From NCBI GenBank assembly GCA_943788835.1, contig CALSRU010000005.1:213343-277342 (forward strand): a DNA stretch of 64,000 nt, read 5' to 3'. Numbering within the stretch: position 1 is the stretch's first letter; the number at the start of each line of letters is the position of its first letter. Under the pieces are notes generated by a model that searched no databases, was not told the DNA's origin, and saw nothing but the letters and a program-made list of their open reading frames with translations. A program made the translations under genes and the position numbers. Shown here in pieces: positions 10,592 through 20,554 of this stretch. This stretch comes from an uncultured Pseudomonadales bacterium (lineage in GTDB: Bacteria > Pseudomonadota > Gammaproteobacteria > Pseudomonadales > UBA7434).

Positions 10592-12010
10592 ATGATCATT
10601 CCAGTAATCTTGTGCGGAGGCTCGGGCACGCGTCTATGGCCGCTATCGCGAAAAGCATACCCGAAGCAATTTATTGATTTGACTGGCTCTGGGCGATCAA
10701 TGTTGCAAGAAACTTGGCTGCGTTTGCAGGGTGTTCCTGATTTGGGTGCGGCCGTAATTATGTGCAATGCAGAAAATCGATTTTTGGTTGCTCAGCAAAT
10801 GCAAGATATTGGTGCAGATCTCGATGCAGTAATACTCGAGCCCTGTGCTAAAAATACGGCTCCTGCTGTTACCTGCGCTGCGCTGCATATTGCTGCTTCA
10901 AATCCTGATGCAACCATGCTGGTTCTTCCTGCAGATCACCTGATTACAAACGAGGCAGCGCTGCATGAATCTTTGCTGGCGGCATCAGCTGCTGCCGAGC
11001 AAAGTCATTTGGTTACCTTCGGTGTCGTGCCAACGCACGCAGAAACTGGCTACGGTTATATTCGCAAAACCGAGCCTTTGGAGGGTCTGTTGGCTAGTGG
11101 TATCGAGGAGTTTGTTGAGAAGCCCGATTTGGCAACCGCGCAACAATATCTGGCTGGAGGCAATTATCTTTGGAATAGTGGCATGTTTATGTTTAAGGCG
11201 GCGCGCTATCTCGAAGAGATTGGTGAGCAGGCGCCGACAATACTCGATGCCTGTAAGCTTGCGGTCGATCATGCGCGGCGTGACCTCGATTTCACTTGTC
11301 TCGATGATGTCAGTTTTAATGCGTGTCCAGAAGACTCTATTGATTATGCCGTTATGGAAAAGGCTTCTGCCCGCGCAGTGGTCGATTTGGACGCGGGCTG
11401 GAGTGATGTAGGCAGTTGGTCGAGTTTATGGGATGTGAAGCAAAAAGATTCGGCAGGTAACGTCAGTATTGGCGATGTAGTTGCGCTAGACACGGCCGAC
11501 TCCTACGTGCATAGCGAGCACAGATTAGTTGCCACCTTAGGCATTAATAACGCAGTCATTATTGAAACTGCTGATGCAGTGTTAGTTGCCGATCGAGATC
11601 GAGTTCAAGATGTCAAAGCGGTGGTCAGTCAACTTAAGTTGAGTGGTCGCGATGAAGGCACTACGCATAAAATTGTCTATCGGCCTTGGGGTTCGTATGA
11701 AACCATTTGCCTTAGTGAACGTTTTCAGGTGAAGAAAATTATTGTCACCCCTGGGCATAAGTTATCGCTGCAAAAGCACCATCATCGTGCAGAACATTGG
11801 ATTGTGGTGGCGGGCACAGCGCAAGTTACCTGTGAAGATGAAGTGTTTACGTTGAGTGAGGATCAATCTACTTATATCCCGCTGGGGCACAAGCATAGAC
11901 TTGAAAATAAGGGTAAAATCCCGCTCGAACTGATTGAAGTGCAAACCGGAAGCTATCTAGGTGAAGACGATATCGTGCGCTACGATGATGTCTATGGGCG
12001 CGACACCTAG
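10592..12010 (+). CDS. manC: bifunctional mannose-1-phosphate guanylyltransferase / mannose-6-phosphate isomerase (type II PMI-GMP)
   Basis: 472 aa with a strong SD (AAGGAG). The N-terminus is ILCGGSGTRLWPLSR. The C-terminal cupin has RPWGSYE and QKHHHRAEHWIVVAG. Confidence 0.9.
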   Translation: MIIPVILCGGSGTRLWPLSRKAYPKQFIDLTGSGRSMLQETWLRLQGVPDLGAAVIMCNAENRFLVAQQMQDIGADLDAVILEPCAKNTAPAVTCAALHIAASNPDATMLVLPADHLITNEAALHESLLAASAAAEQSHLVTFGVVPTHAETGYGYIRKTEPLEGLLASGIEEFVEKPDLATAQQYLAGGNYLWNSGMFMFKAARYLEEIGEQAPTILDACKLAVDHARRDLDFTCLDDVSFNACPEDSIDYAVMEKASARAVVDLDAGWSDVGSWSSLWDVKQKDSAGNVSIGDVVALDTADSYVHSEHRLVATLGINNAVIIETADAVLVADRDRVQDVKAVVSQLKLSGRDEGTTHKIVYRPWGSYETICLSERFQVKKIIVTPGHKLSLQKHHHRAEHWIVVAGTAQVTCEDEVFTLSEDQSTYIPLGHKHRLENKGKIPLELIEVQTGSYLGEDDIVRYDDVYGRDT

Positions 12011-12109
12011 ATAATTTTTAACTGCTCTGGCCGCCGCTCAATTAAAAAGCAGTCGCTAATCGGGTGGCGAAAAATCACATAGATTTAAAATAGAAGTCAG
12101 GAGAATGTT

Positions 12110-12934
12110 TTGATCAAGAAATGCCTTTTTCCCGTTGCAGGTTATGGTACGCGATTTTTACCGGCCACTAAATCTATGCCTAAAGAGATGCTGCCAATTG
12201 TGAATAAACCATTGGTGCAGTACGGTGTAGAGGAAGCCTTAGATGCTGGTCTGTATGAGATTGGTTTTGTTACTGGTCGAGGCAAGCGGGCAATCAACGA
12301 TCACTTTGATACAAATTATGAGTTAGAAAAAGAAATTGCCGGTTCAGGTAAGGAGGAGTTACTAACCGGTATTCGTGATGTTATTAATCGCGGAACGTTT
12401 TCTACCACGCGCCAGCGTGAAATGGCGGGGCTGGGCAATGCAATACTAACAGGCCAAACGTTAATAGGTGATGAGCCTTTTGGTGTGGTCTTGGCCGATG
12501 ATTTGTGTTTTGGTGAGGGTCCGGGTGTGTTGTCTCAGATGGTGGAGCTTTACAAACAGTTTCGCTGCACGATTGTTGCTATTCAAGAGGTGCCCAGCGA
12601 TCAAATTGAGAAATTTGGTGTGATAGCTGGCGAGCAAATTAGAGAAGATGTGTTTCGCGTTACCGACATGGTGGAAAAGCCAAAAGCTGCAGATGCGCCA
12701 AGTAATTTGGCCATTATTGGCCGCTATATTTTAACGCCCGATATATTCGATATTATTCGAGATACCCCTGCAGGTAAAAACGGAGAGGTGCAAATAACAG
12801 ATGCGCTTTTAACGCAAGCTAAGCGCGGCGCGGTTATGGCTTACAAATTTAAAGGGCGGCGTTATGACTGCGGCAGTATTCAAGGCTTCATTGATGCAAC
12901 CAATTATTGTTATGAAAATATCTATCAAGGGTGA
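12110..12934 (+). CDS. galU: UTP-glucose-1-phosphate uridylyltransferase
   Basis: 274 aa with a TTG start after AGGAGA. Motifs: [25 protein letters not shown] and VEKPK. Confidence 0.9.
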   Translation: MIKKCLFPVAGYGTRFLPATKSMPKEMLPIVNKPLVQYGVEEALDAGLYEIGFVTGRGKRAINDHFDTNYELEKEIAGSGKEELLTGIRDVINRGTFSTTRQREMAGLGNAILTGQTLIGDEPFGVVLADDLCFGEGPGVLSQMVELYKQFRCTIVAIQEVPSDQIEKFGVIAGEQIREDVFRVTDMVEKPKAADAPSNLAIIGRYILTPDIFDIIRDTPAGKNGEVQITDALLTQAKRGAVMAYKFKGRRYDCGSIQGFIDATNYCYENIYQG

Positions 12935-14298
12935 TGAGAATGCCCGATAAAGCTAATAACTACAGCTGTTTCAAGGCTTATGATATTCGTGGCAGGGTTC
13001 CTGACGAGTTGAATGAAGAGGTTGCTTATCGTATTGGCCGTGCTTTTGCGCAGCATCTAGCAGCAAAAAAAGTTTGCCTGGGTCATGATATTCGTCTTAC
13101 GAGTCCGGCTATTTCGGCAGCTGTAGCAAGAGGTTTAACGGATGCTGGCGCAGACGTGTTAGATATCGGCATGGTTGGCACTGAAGAAATATACTTCGCC
13201 TCTTTTGACAATGATGTTGATGGCGGTATCGTAGTTACGGCCAGTCATAATCCAATGGATTACAACGGTATGAAGCTTGTGAAGCGCGGCAGCGTGCCTA
13301 TAAGCGGCGATACCGGCTTGCTAGAAATTAAAGCGTTGGCTGAGTCAGGCTTGTTTTCCGAAGTATCAAAGCCAGGGATCATCAGCTCATTTGAAAGTCG
13401 CCAGGCCTATATCAAACACTTGCTAGGTTATTTTGAGCCGTCGGCATTAAGTGGTCTTAAGGTGGTGGTTAATGCCGGTAATGGTGGCGCAGGGCTAGTT
13501 GTCGATGCGCTTGAAAGTTCGCTGCCGGTTGAGTTTGTAAAAATTAATCATGAGCCAGATGGTAATTTCCCGCACGGTATTCCTAATCCTTTGCTGGTGG
13601 ATAATCGGCAAGCAACCATCGATGCAGTGCGTGCTTCGGGTGCGGATTTTGGCGTGGCTTGGGATGGTGATTTTGATCGCTGCTTTTTGTTCGATGAAAC
13701 AGGCGCTTTTATTGAAGGCTATTACATAGTCGGGCTGCTAGCTGAGGCATTTTTGCAAAAAACGCCCGATGAAAAAGTGGTTCATGATCCGCGATTGACA
13801 TGGAATACGCGGGCCGTTGTACAGGGTTTAGGCGGTGAGCCTATCATGAGTAAAACGGGTCATGCTTTTATCAAGGAGCGCATGCGAGCAGAAAATGCAA
13901 TTTATGGTGGCGAGATGAGTGCGCATCATTACTTTCGAGATTTTGCCTACTGTGATAGCGGCATGATTCCTTGGCTGCTAGTTGCGGAGTTGATCGCTAA
14001 AAAAGGCGTGCCGTTGTCGACCATGGTCAGCGACATGATTGCTCGCTACCCAGTCAGTGGCGAAATTAATCGACGTGTTGATAATCCTAAAGAGCTTATT
14101 GCGCGCATCGAGGCAGAGTATGCTCCATTGGGGCTTAATGTCGATTACACCGATGGGCTGAGTGTTGAGTTCTCCAGCTGGCGATTTAATTTGCGTATGT
14201 CTAACACTGAGCCGGTGGTGCGGTTGAATGTTGAGTCTGTGGGTGATATTGGTCTTATGAAAGAAAAAACTCAGGAGTTACTCGAAAAGATGGCCTAG
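12931..14298 (+). CDS. manB: phosphomannomutase/phosphoglucomutase
   Basis: 455 aa. Motifs: the active-site loop [13 protein letters not shown], the metal loop DGDFDRC and GEMSAHHYF. The start (GTG 12931, ATG 12934 or ATG 12940) overlaps the galU stop. Confidence 0.9.
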   Translation: MMRMPDKANNYSCFKAYDIRGRVPDELNEEVAYRIGRAFAQHLAAKKVCLGHDIRLTSPAISAAVARGLTDAGADVLDIGMVGTEEIYFASFDNDVDGGIVVTASHNPMDYNGMKLVKRGSVPISGDTGLLEIKALAESGLFSEVSKPGIISSFESRQAYIKHLLGYFEPSALSGLKVVVNAGNGGAGLVVDALESSLPVEFVKINHEPDGNFPHGIPNPLLVDNRQATIDAVRASGADFGVAWDGDFDRCFLFDETGAFIEGYYIVGLLAEAFLQKTPDEKVVHDPRLTWNTRAVVQGLGGEPIMSKTGHAFIKERMRAENAIYGGEMSAHHYFRDFAYCDSGMIPWLLVAELIAKKGVPLSTMVSDMIARYPVSGEINRRVDNPKELIARIEAEYAPLGLNVDYTDGLSVEFSSWRFNLRMSNTEPVVRLNVESVGDIGLMKEKTQELLEKMA

Positions 14299-14321
14299 GT
14301 TACATGCTGTGCTGTTCTCTG

Positions 14322-15998
14322 TTATCTAGAGTTGGCGCTAAAGTAATTATTAATCCATTGTTGGGTTGCCGCGTCGGTCTCGCTTGAGCTGTTCTTGCCT
14401 AGGCTCATGGCAGTATCTATGGGGCCTCCCAACTGTTTGCCTAGCTCAACGCCCCATTGATCAAAGGCGTTGATATCCCAAAACACGCTTTGGACAAATA
14501 TTTTGTGTTCGTAAAGAGCAATCAGTGCTCCGAGCGTGGCCGGTGTGAGTTCGTCCATGGCAATAATAGTGTTACAGCGATTACCGGGGCTTGCCTTGTG
14601 TGGAGCCAGCCGTTCGGCTTCTTCTTGACCAGCACCGGCAGCTAATAACTCCTGCAGAGCTTGCGCTGCGCTTTTGCCTTCGGTCAGTGCTTTACTTTGC
14701 GCTAAGCAGTTAGCCACTAACTGCCGGTGTCTGGCATCATCATCAAACGTGCTGGCCTTGTTGGGTCGCAGAGGCAGAATAAAATCGATAGGGATGTTGC
14801 CAGTGCCCTGGTGCAGCAGTTGGTGAAACGAATGCTGCCCCACTGTGCCTGCGCTACCCCACACGACTGGGCTGGTTGCATAGCTCACATGCTCACCATT
14901 TAAACGAACGCTCTTGCCGTTACTTTCCATGCATAGCTGCTGCAAATAGGCGGGCAGCAATGCTAGTTGATGGCTGTAGGGAAGTACCGCAGCACTTTGT
15001 GCGCCGCAAACGTTAACGTTGATTAAGTCGAGCGCCGCTAATAAAAAGGGCAAGTTTTGATTGAGCTCACTATCACAGAAGTGTTTATCCATAGCGTTGG
15101 CGCCACGCAATAACTGTTCAAAGTATTGCCTGCCATGAGCAATGGCTATGGGCAGCCCAATCGCTGACCACAGTGAATAGCGTCCGCCCACCCAGTCCCA
15201 TAGTGGTAATAAATTTTCAGCATCAATGCCAAATTCCACGGCTTTTTCGATATTGGCGGTAATGCCTATTAAGTGCTTACCCAGATCAGCATCAAGTATT
15301 TCGCGTAATAGCCACTGTCTAGCCGCTCGAGCGTTTTCGAGAGTCTCTACGGTGCTAAAAGTTTTCGAAGCAACAACAATCAATGTGGATGAGGGCTGGC
15401 ATGTTGCCAAGACTTGATCGAGCTCTACAGGATCCACATTGGCCACAAAGTGCACAGCAGGTCGTTCGCTGTTGGCAAGTTGTCCATGGTCAAGTGCTGC
15501 GCAGACCAAACGCGGGCCGAGGTCGGAGCCGCCAATACCAATATTAATGACGTCGGTGATAGGGTCCCCATTCGCACCCAGCCATTGGCCGCTGCCTAAT
15601 TGATCGGCTAGCTCGCAAACGCGCTCGAAGGTGTGCCGAGCCATTTGCTGATGACCGGAGGCAGGTGAGTCGAAAATATCGCGCAGAGCGGTGTGGTGTG
15701 CAGCACGTCGCTCGGTGGTGTTGAGCTCACCACCACTTAATAGCTGTCGAATCTTGCTTCCCAGCTCTTGCGATTGAGCATATTTCACTATGCTTTTCAA
15801 AGAGTTATCGTGTATTGGGGTCCGGCAAAGGTCTAGGGTAATACCGGCTGCTTTGAATGTCCATTGGGTAGCGCGGTTGGGCTCTTGGGCGAATAAATCG
15901 GCCAAAGAGCTTGTAGAATTGACTTCTAAGCGATTTAAGCAAGCGTCTAGCGCGGAGGGCACTGCGTCTTTTTTTGAGTGTGGATGAGGATTGTTCAT
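14322..15998 (-). CDS. pgi: glucose-6-phosphate isomerase
   Basis: Typical PGI segments: IGIGGSDLGP, ASKTFST, GGRYSLWSAIG and QWGVELGK. The ATG at 15998 is preferred because it is preceded by AAGGAAAAG. The track ORF begins 6 codons earlier. Confidence 0.95.
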   Translation of the reverse strand: MNNPHPHSKKDAVPSALDACLNRLEVNSTSSLADLFAQEPNRATQWTFKAAGITLDLCRTPIHDNSLKSIVKYAQSQELGSKIRQLLSGGELNTTERRAAHHTALRDIFDSPASGHQQMARHTFERVCELADQLGSGQWLGANGDPITDVINIGIGGSDLGPRLVCAALDHGQLANSERPAVHFVANVDPVELDQVLATCQPSSTLIVVASKTFSTVETLENARAARQWLLREILDADLGKHLIGITANIEKAVEFGIDAENLLPLWDWVGGRYSLWSAIGLPIAIAHGRQYFEQLLRGANAMDKHFCDSELNQNLPFLLAALDLINVNVCGAQSAAVLPYSHQLALLPAYLQQLCMESNGKSVRLNGEHVSYATSPVVWGSAGTVGQHSFHQLLHQGTGNIPIDFILPLRPNKASTFDDDARHRQLVANCLAQSKALTEGKSAAQALQELLAAGAGQEEAERLAPHKASPGNRCNTIIAMDELTPATLGALIALYEHKIFVQSVFWDINAFDQWGVELGKQLGGPIDTAMSLGKNSSSETDAATQQWINNYFSANSR

Positions 15999-16100
15999 CT
16001 TTTCCTTACAAAGCATTGTTTAATAATGTGTTTTTCTCTCAGATACTGGCAGGCATGCTAAACTCTAGGTTCTTCTAAAATTACATACCAGAGCAACTTC

Positions 16101-17525
16101 TTGGCCCACGTTCGTTTATTTAAGCACTACTTGCCTTACCCCATTGTGGCATTGACTGTGATAGAGGCGGCTTTGCTCTATGCGTCCTTAGTTATCGGTC
16201 ACACGCTGCGCTTTCGCCTGTTTGGTGATGTCCCATGGGAAGCACCACTATTGCTAAACCCAATGTTGGTGCCGAGTGCGGCAGTTTACATGCTATTGAT
16301 GCTGCTGTGTACAATGGCTCTAGGAGTTTATAGTGCAGGGTTGCGCGGGGGTAATGGCCCCATGGCCATTCGCACGGTAGTAGCTTATTGCCTGCTCGGC
16401 ACGTCTTCTCTAACGGTGATTTATTATCTGTTCCCATCCCTATACATGGGGCGTGGGGTCTTATTTTACGCAATCATTACCGCGCTTTGCTTAGTGGTTC
16501 CCGTGCGCTGGCTCTTTCTGCGCTTGGTTGACGCCGAATCACTGCGTTCTAGGGTGCTTATATTTGGCGCTGGCGAAAATGCCCGCCGGCTAGCAGAAGA
16601 GTTGGGTGCGGGACATGCTGGCGTGGCAAAGGTGGTGGCGTTTGTGCAGAGCTCTGAATCTGAGCCGGTTTTTGTGACACGCGATTTGCGCTCTCGCACA
16701 GGCACTTTGTTAGAGATGGCGCAGAAGTTAGATATTAGTGAGATTGTTGTTGCGCTTGATGATCGTCGCGCGGGGCAGGGCAGTGCTTTTCCGCTCAATG
16801 AATTATTCGAGTGCAAGTTGCATGGCATTCGTGTGTCCGATGCTATTGGCTTGTGTGAGCGAGAGCTGGGTGTTGTTTCGCTGGCAGAAATCAGCCCTAG
16901 CTGGTTAGTGTTTAGCTCAGGGTTTACCAGTGGTGAATTTGGGCTAATGGTTAAGCGAGCTTGCGATATTATGGTGTCGCTCGTATTACTGCTGCTAACT
17001 TGGCCGCTGATGGCGCTGGCTATAGTGCTTATTTTTTGTGAATCGGGCCGACCTATTTTGTATCGGCAGCAGCGTACCGGCTTGGAAGGCAAGCCCTTCG
17101 AGATATTGAAGTTTCGCAGCATGGTCACTAATGCTGAAAAAGATGGGGCCGCTGTATGGGCTCAAAAAAATGACAGCCGTATTACGCGAGTGGGTGCATT
17201 TTTAAGGAATACGCGTATCGATGAGTTGCCGCAATTATGGAACGTATTGCGCGGTGATATGAGTATTGTTGGCCCACGCCCAGAGCGCCCTGAGTTTATT
17301 CAGGGTCTGGCTAATGAGCTACCCTATTACAATGAACGCCATCATGTTAAGCCCGGTCTGATGGGATGGGCACAACTCAACTATCCTTATGGAGCGTCGG
17401 TTGAAGACGCTGCGCAAAAGCTGCGATACGATCTTTACTATGTAAAAAATAAAAGTTTGATGCTCGATTTGATTATTATGGTTCAAACCGTGCAGGTTAT
17501 TTTATTAGGAATGGGAGTCCGATAG
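16101..17525 (+). CDS. EpsB-type polyprenyl-phosphate sugar transferase (priming glycosyltransferase, PEP-CTERM-locus type)
   Basis: 474 aa with a TTG start. The N-terminus VRLFKHYLP plus 4-5 TM helices is typical of the PEP-CTERM-associated EpsB_2 group. The C-terminal bacterial sugar-transferase domain has [37 protein letters not shown] and SLMLDL. Confidence 0.88.
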   Translation: MAHVRLFKHYLPYPIVALTVIEAALLYASLVIGHTLRFRLFGDVPWEAPLLLNPMLVPSAAVYMLLMLLCTMALGVYSAGLRGGNGPMAIRTVVAYCLLGTSSLTVIYYLFPSLYMGRGVLFYAIITALCLVVPVRWLFLRLVDAESLRSRVLIFGAGENARRLAEELGAGHAGVAKVVAFVQSSESEPVFVTRDLRSRTGTLLEMAQKLDISEIVVALDDRRAGQGSAFPLNELFECKLHGIRVSDAIGLCERELGVVSLAEISPSWLVFSSGFTSGEFGLMVKRACDIMVSLVLLLLTWPLMALAIVLIFCESGRPILYRQQRTGLEGKPFEILKFRSMVTNAEKDGAAVWAQKNDSRITRVGAFLRNTRIDELPQLWNVLRGDMSIVGPRPERPEFIQGLANELPYYNERHHVKPGLMGWAQLNYPYGASVEDAAQKLRYDLYYVKNKSLMLDLIIMVQTVQVILLGMGVR

Positions 17526-17526
17526 T

Positions 17527-18165
17527 ATGAATACTTATCTCACAGCATTGCGATGCAGTGCAGCGCGTATTTTTTTGGTAACACTATTTTTTGTAACCGG
17601 CTGCTCTTCGCAGCAAGGCATATCTGAATTACCTACGCAGGGTGTTTTGGAATTGCCCGAATACCGCATTGGTTCAGGCGATAGAATTAAGGTCGATGTT
17701 TGGAAAAACCCTGACTTATCCTCCATTGTCTTGGTACGCCCTGACGGGAAAATTTCGATGCCACTGATTGGTGACGTACTCGCTAGCCAAAAAACCACCG
17801 ACGAGTTGGCTACAGACCTTGAGGAAAAGTTAAAGGACTTTGTTCGCACGCCGCAAGTCGCTGTAATAATAGAAACACCAAGTAGTGCGGCATTTCAACT
17901 TCGCGTTAGAGTGACAGGTGCAGTAAATAGTCCTTTGTCTATTGCCTTTGAAGAGGGTATGACGGTGCTTGATTTGGTGTTGCAGGCAGGAGGTTTGTCG
18001 CCATTTGCGTCCGGTAACAAAGCCTTGTTGCACCGTAAAACGGCTGACGGTGAAATGGGTGCTTACCGAGTCCGGCTGCAGGATATCCTAACTAAAGGCA
18101 AATTAGAAACTAACTACCCACTAGCTCCGTCGGATGTGATTAGTGTACCTGAGCGTAGTTTTTAA
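17527..18165 (+). CDS. short lipoprotein polysaccharide export protein (OPX, PEP-CTERM-locus type)
   Basis: 212 aa with lipobox FFVTGC. The Poly_export motif is YRIGSGDRIKVDVW...VRPDGKISMPLIGDV. A SLBB-like segment follows. There is no long C-terminal region as in the 379-aa Wza. Confidence 0.85.
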   Translation: MNTYLTALRCSAARIFLVTLFFVTGCSSQQGISELPTQGVLELPEYRIGSGDRIKVDVWKNPDLSSIVLVRPDGKISMPLIGDVLASQKTTDELATDLEEKLKDFVRTPQVAVIIETPSSAAFQLRVRVTGAVNSPLSIAFEEGMTVLDLVLQAGGLSPFASGNKALLHRKTADGEMGAYRVRLQDILTKGKLETNYPLAPSDVISVPERSF

Positions 18166-18240
18166 AAGTCTTAATTTATGGTGCTCATTAGATTTTTGCG
18201 TTGGTTTTTTAATTCAATTTAATTTCACAGAGTAGTCGCT

Positions 18241-19750
18241 TTGGATTTTCTATTTATATTGCAGCTCGCAAGGGCAGGTTTCCGTGAGCTTTGGTTACAT
18301 CGCTACGCGGCGCTGTTTGGCGGTTTTACAATTGCTGTCGGTATTCTTATCTACGGCATGCTTTGGCAAGAAAAATACACAGTGTCTACATCGCTATATG
18401 CCGATCAGCAAAATATTATTGCACCGCTGTTGCAAGGCCAGGCGCAGGTCACGAAGGTAGAAGATCAATTGCAGGTTGTCAGAGATTTGATGCTCTCTAA
18501 TCGAATATTGGAGCAAATTGTTAAGGGCGAGATTATTTAAATGGTTTAGAGGACCCTGCCCAGCAGTCGTCGATTATTAACGGCTTGCGTGAACGAGTAG
18601 AGGTAGTCACTAGGTAAGAACTATATTGGCGTGTCTTTTGCTGATGTCAGCCCAGATCGAGCTTACAACCTAGTTACGCAACTGGTTGACCTCTTTATAA
18701 AAGAAAGCTCAGCCAATAAGCGCGGCCAAAGTAAGCAAGCTTTCTTGTTTATTGAAAAACAGGTGGCTTCTTATAAAGAACAGTTGCGCCAAGCCGAAGA
18801 TCGCCTAAAAGAATTTAATGCCTCTAACCTCGATGGCAGTGAGGGCAGAGTGCAAGGCAATATAGAAGTTCTACGTCAGAATATTGCTGACCTAGAACTA
18901 GATTTAGGGCAGGCAAGTGAGAGAGTTAAATCATTTGAATCCCAAGTTACACAAGAAGACCGATACTTGTCACGCAAAGCGAGGTCTGAAGAATTCCGCG
19001 AGCGAATTGCAGAGGCGGTTACACAGCTAGATAACTTAAAGCTGTCGTATACCAGCAGACACCCCGATGTCATTGCATTGGAAGAGCATATTAAAGCTTT
19101 GAGAGGCGCAGCTTCGGCGCCAGTGTCAGGGGCAGCGTCAGGTGATTCGACTGTTCGTGGTGTTGAGAATCCTGTTTTTGATGAGTTGCGTGGTGCCCTT
19201 GCCTCGGCAAAGGTTGAGCGCGACACACTAACTAGCCGTTTAAGCTCCATGCGTTCGCGCTTAGGCGAAGAGCGTGAGCGGGCATCGCGTATAGCCGAGC
19301 GAGATGCCGAGCTTGCTGAGCTGACGCGTGATTACTCAGTGACTAAAGGTCTTTATGAAGATTTATTAAACAGTAAAGAAAAGGCGCGCTCTCTCTATGA
19401 CGCTCGATATAGAAGGCCAAGGTGTTACCTACAAAATACAAGAGCCGGCTAAATATCCTTTGTTCGCAAGTGGTTTGCGGTTCATTCATTTTGCGCTGGC
19501 GGGGCTTGCAGCAGCTGTCGTAATACCCATTGGATTAATCCTTGCTTATATCTTTTTGGATCCTCGTATTCGTTTTAGTAACGCCATCGAAGAGCAATTT
19601 GATGTGCCATTGCTAGGCGAAATACCGCATTTGGTCTCTAACCCGATCAAACGGATGCGCAAGGTCGATGTAAGGCTATTCGTTTTTATGGGATTGGTTT
19701 GTGCGGCGCTCTATGCATCGACAGCCGCCTTTTATCTTATTTGGATGTAG
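18241..19750 (+). pseudogene. polysaccharide chain-length determinant (PCP, PEP-CTERM-locus type), broken by three frameshifts
   Basis: The track fragments are 18241-18540 (frame 1), 18631-19452 (frame 1) and 19397-19750 (frame 2). An unlisted frame-3 piece at 18525-18614 reads GRDYLNGLEDPAQQSSIINGLRERVEVVTR. Together they give a ~503-codon PCP-like protein with an N-terminal TM (FGGFTIAVGILIYGML), a long coiled-coil middle and C-terminal TM helices. The frame path is 1>3>1>2. Confidence 0.8.
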
Positions 19751-19754
19751 TGCT

Positions 19755-20504
19755 ATGGACTTTGATCAAAATCCAAAAGAGGGCTCGCGAAATATTGTTC
19801 GCTTAGATGAAGCAGAAGATCGCTTGTCACGCCAGCAGATTCGTGAAATGGCCGATATCTACCATCTTGCCGTTGAAGATTTAGATGAAAAGAAAATTAT
19901 TCATTCTAAAATGCGTGATAAAAAAATCCTCAATGTATTCCGAGAGATTCGTACCAAGCTGATGCAGAAAGTGGGTGGCAAGAATTTCACTTTGCTAGTC
20001 ACGTCTATTAGTCAGGGCGGCGGAGCAACGTTCGTGAGCACGAATTTAGCCGCCTCGTTTGCGCTGGATCATGGCAAAACGGCATTGATGGTTGATTGTA
20101 ATATCTATGCGCCATCTAACGATCAGCTTATTGATGGTGCCGATCTCGGTTTTTCAGATTATCTCCAAGACCCGTCGATTTCTATGGAAGAAATTATCTA
20201 TGCAACAGGTATTCCAAGGTTGCGGTTGGTGCCGGCAGGCAGTGCTACTGATTTAGGGCCGGAATACTATACCTCCTATCGGATGCAGCAGTTTGTTGAA
20301 GAGCTCCAAGGCCGTTATGCCGATCGCTACGTCGTGATTGATGCGCCTCCAATTGGAAGTACGGCCGATGCCCGTATTCTGGCAGAGTTATGCGATTTCG
20401 TGACTATCGTGGTGCCTTATGGCATGGTGACTAGCGAACAAGTAAAAACAGCTATTGAAAGCGTGCCTAGCGATAAGTTAGTGGGCTTGATTTTTAATAA
20501 CTGA
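19755..20504 (+). CDS. BY-kinase-like P-loop ATPase partner of the chain-length determinant, with a degenerate Walker A
   Basis: 249 aa from the ATG at 19755, 4 nt after the PCP stop. It has MinD/BY-kinase architecture: a Walker A position reading VTSISQGGGATF, Walker A' LMVDCN and Walker B YVVIDAPPIG. No C-terminal Tyr cluster is present. Confidence 0.75.
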   Translation: MDFDQNPKEGSRNIVRLDEAEDRLSRQQIREMADIYHLAVEDLDEKKIIHSKMRDKKILNVFREIRTKLMQKVGGKNFTLLVTSISQGGGATFVSTNLAASFALDHGKTALMVDCNIYAPSNDQLIDGADLGFSDYLQDPSISMEEIIYATGIPRLRLVPAGSATDLGPEYYTSYRMQQFVEELQGRYADRYVVIDAPPIGSTADARILAELCDFVTIVVPYGMVTSEQVKTAIESVPSDKLVGLIFNN

Positions 20505-20554
20505 ACTCATTCTAAGCTCGGATTTACTCAAATCAGAAAGTTCGGCCAGATTTT

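Noticed and set aside
16466-17128. Long antisense ORFs inside well-supported genes: 16466-17128 opposite the priming transferase, 38278-38736 opposite the GT4, 1114-1521 opposite obg, 2259-2645 opposite rplU, 21573-21950 opposite the FemAB-like gene, and 41555-41899 opposite the GT2.
   Set aside because: Their products are low-complexity (Ser/Ala/Arg/Pro-rich) with no motifs, and each is fully embedded in a gene with clear family signatures on the other strand. These are typical shadow ORFs.
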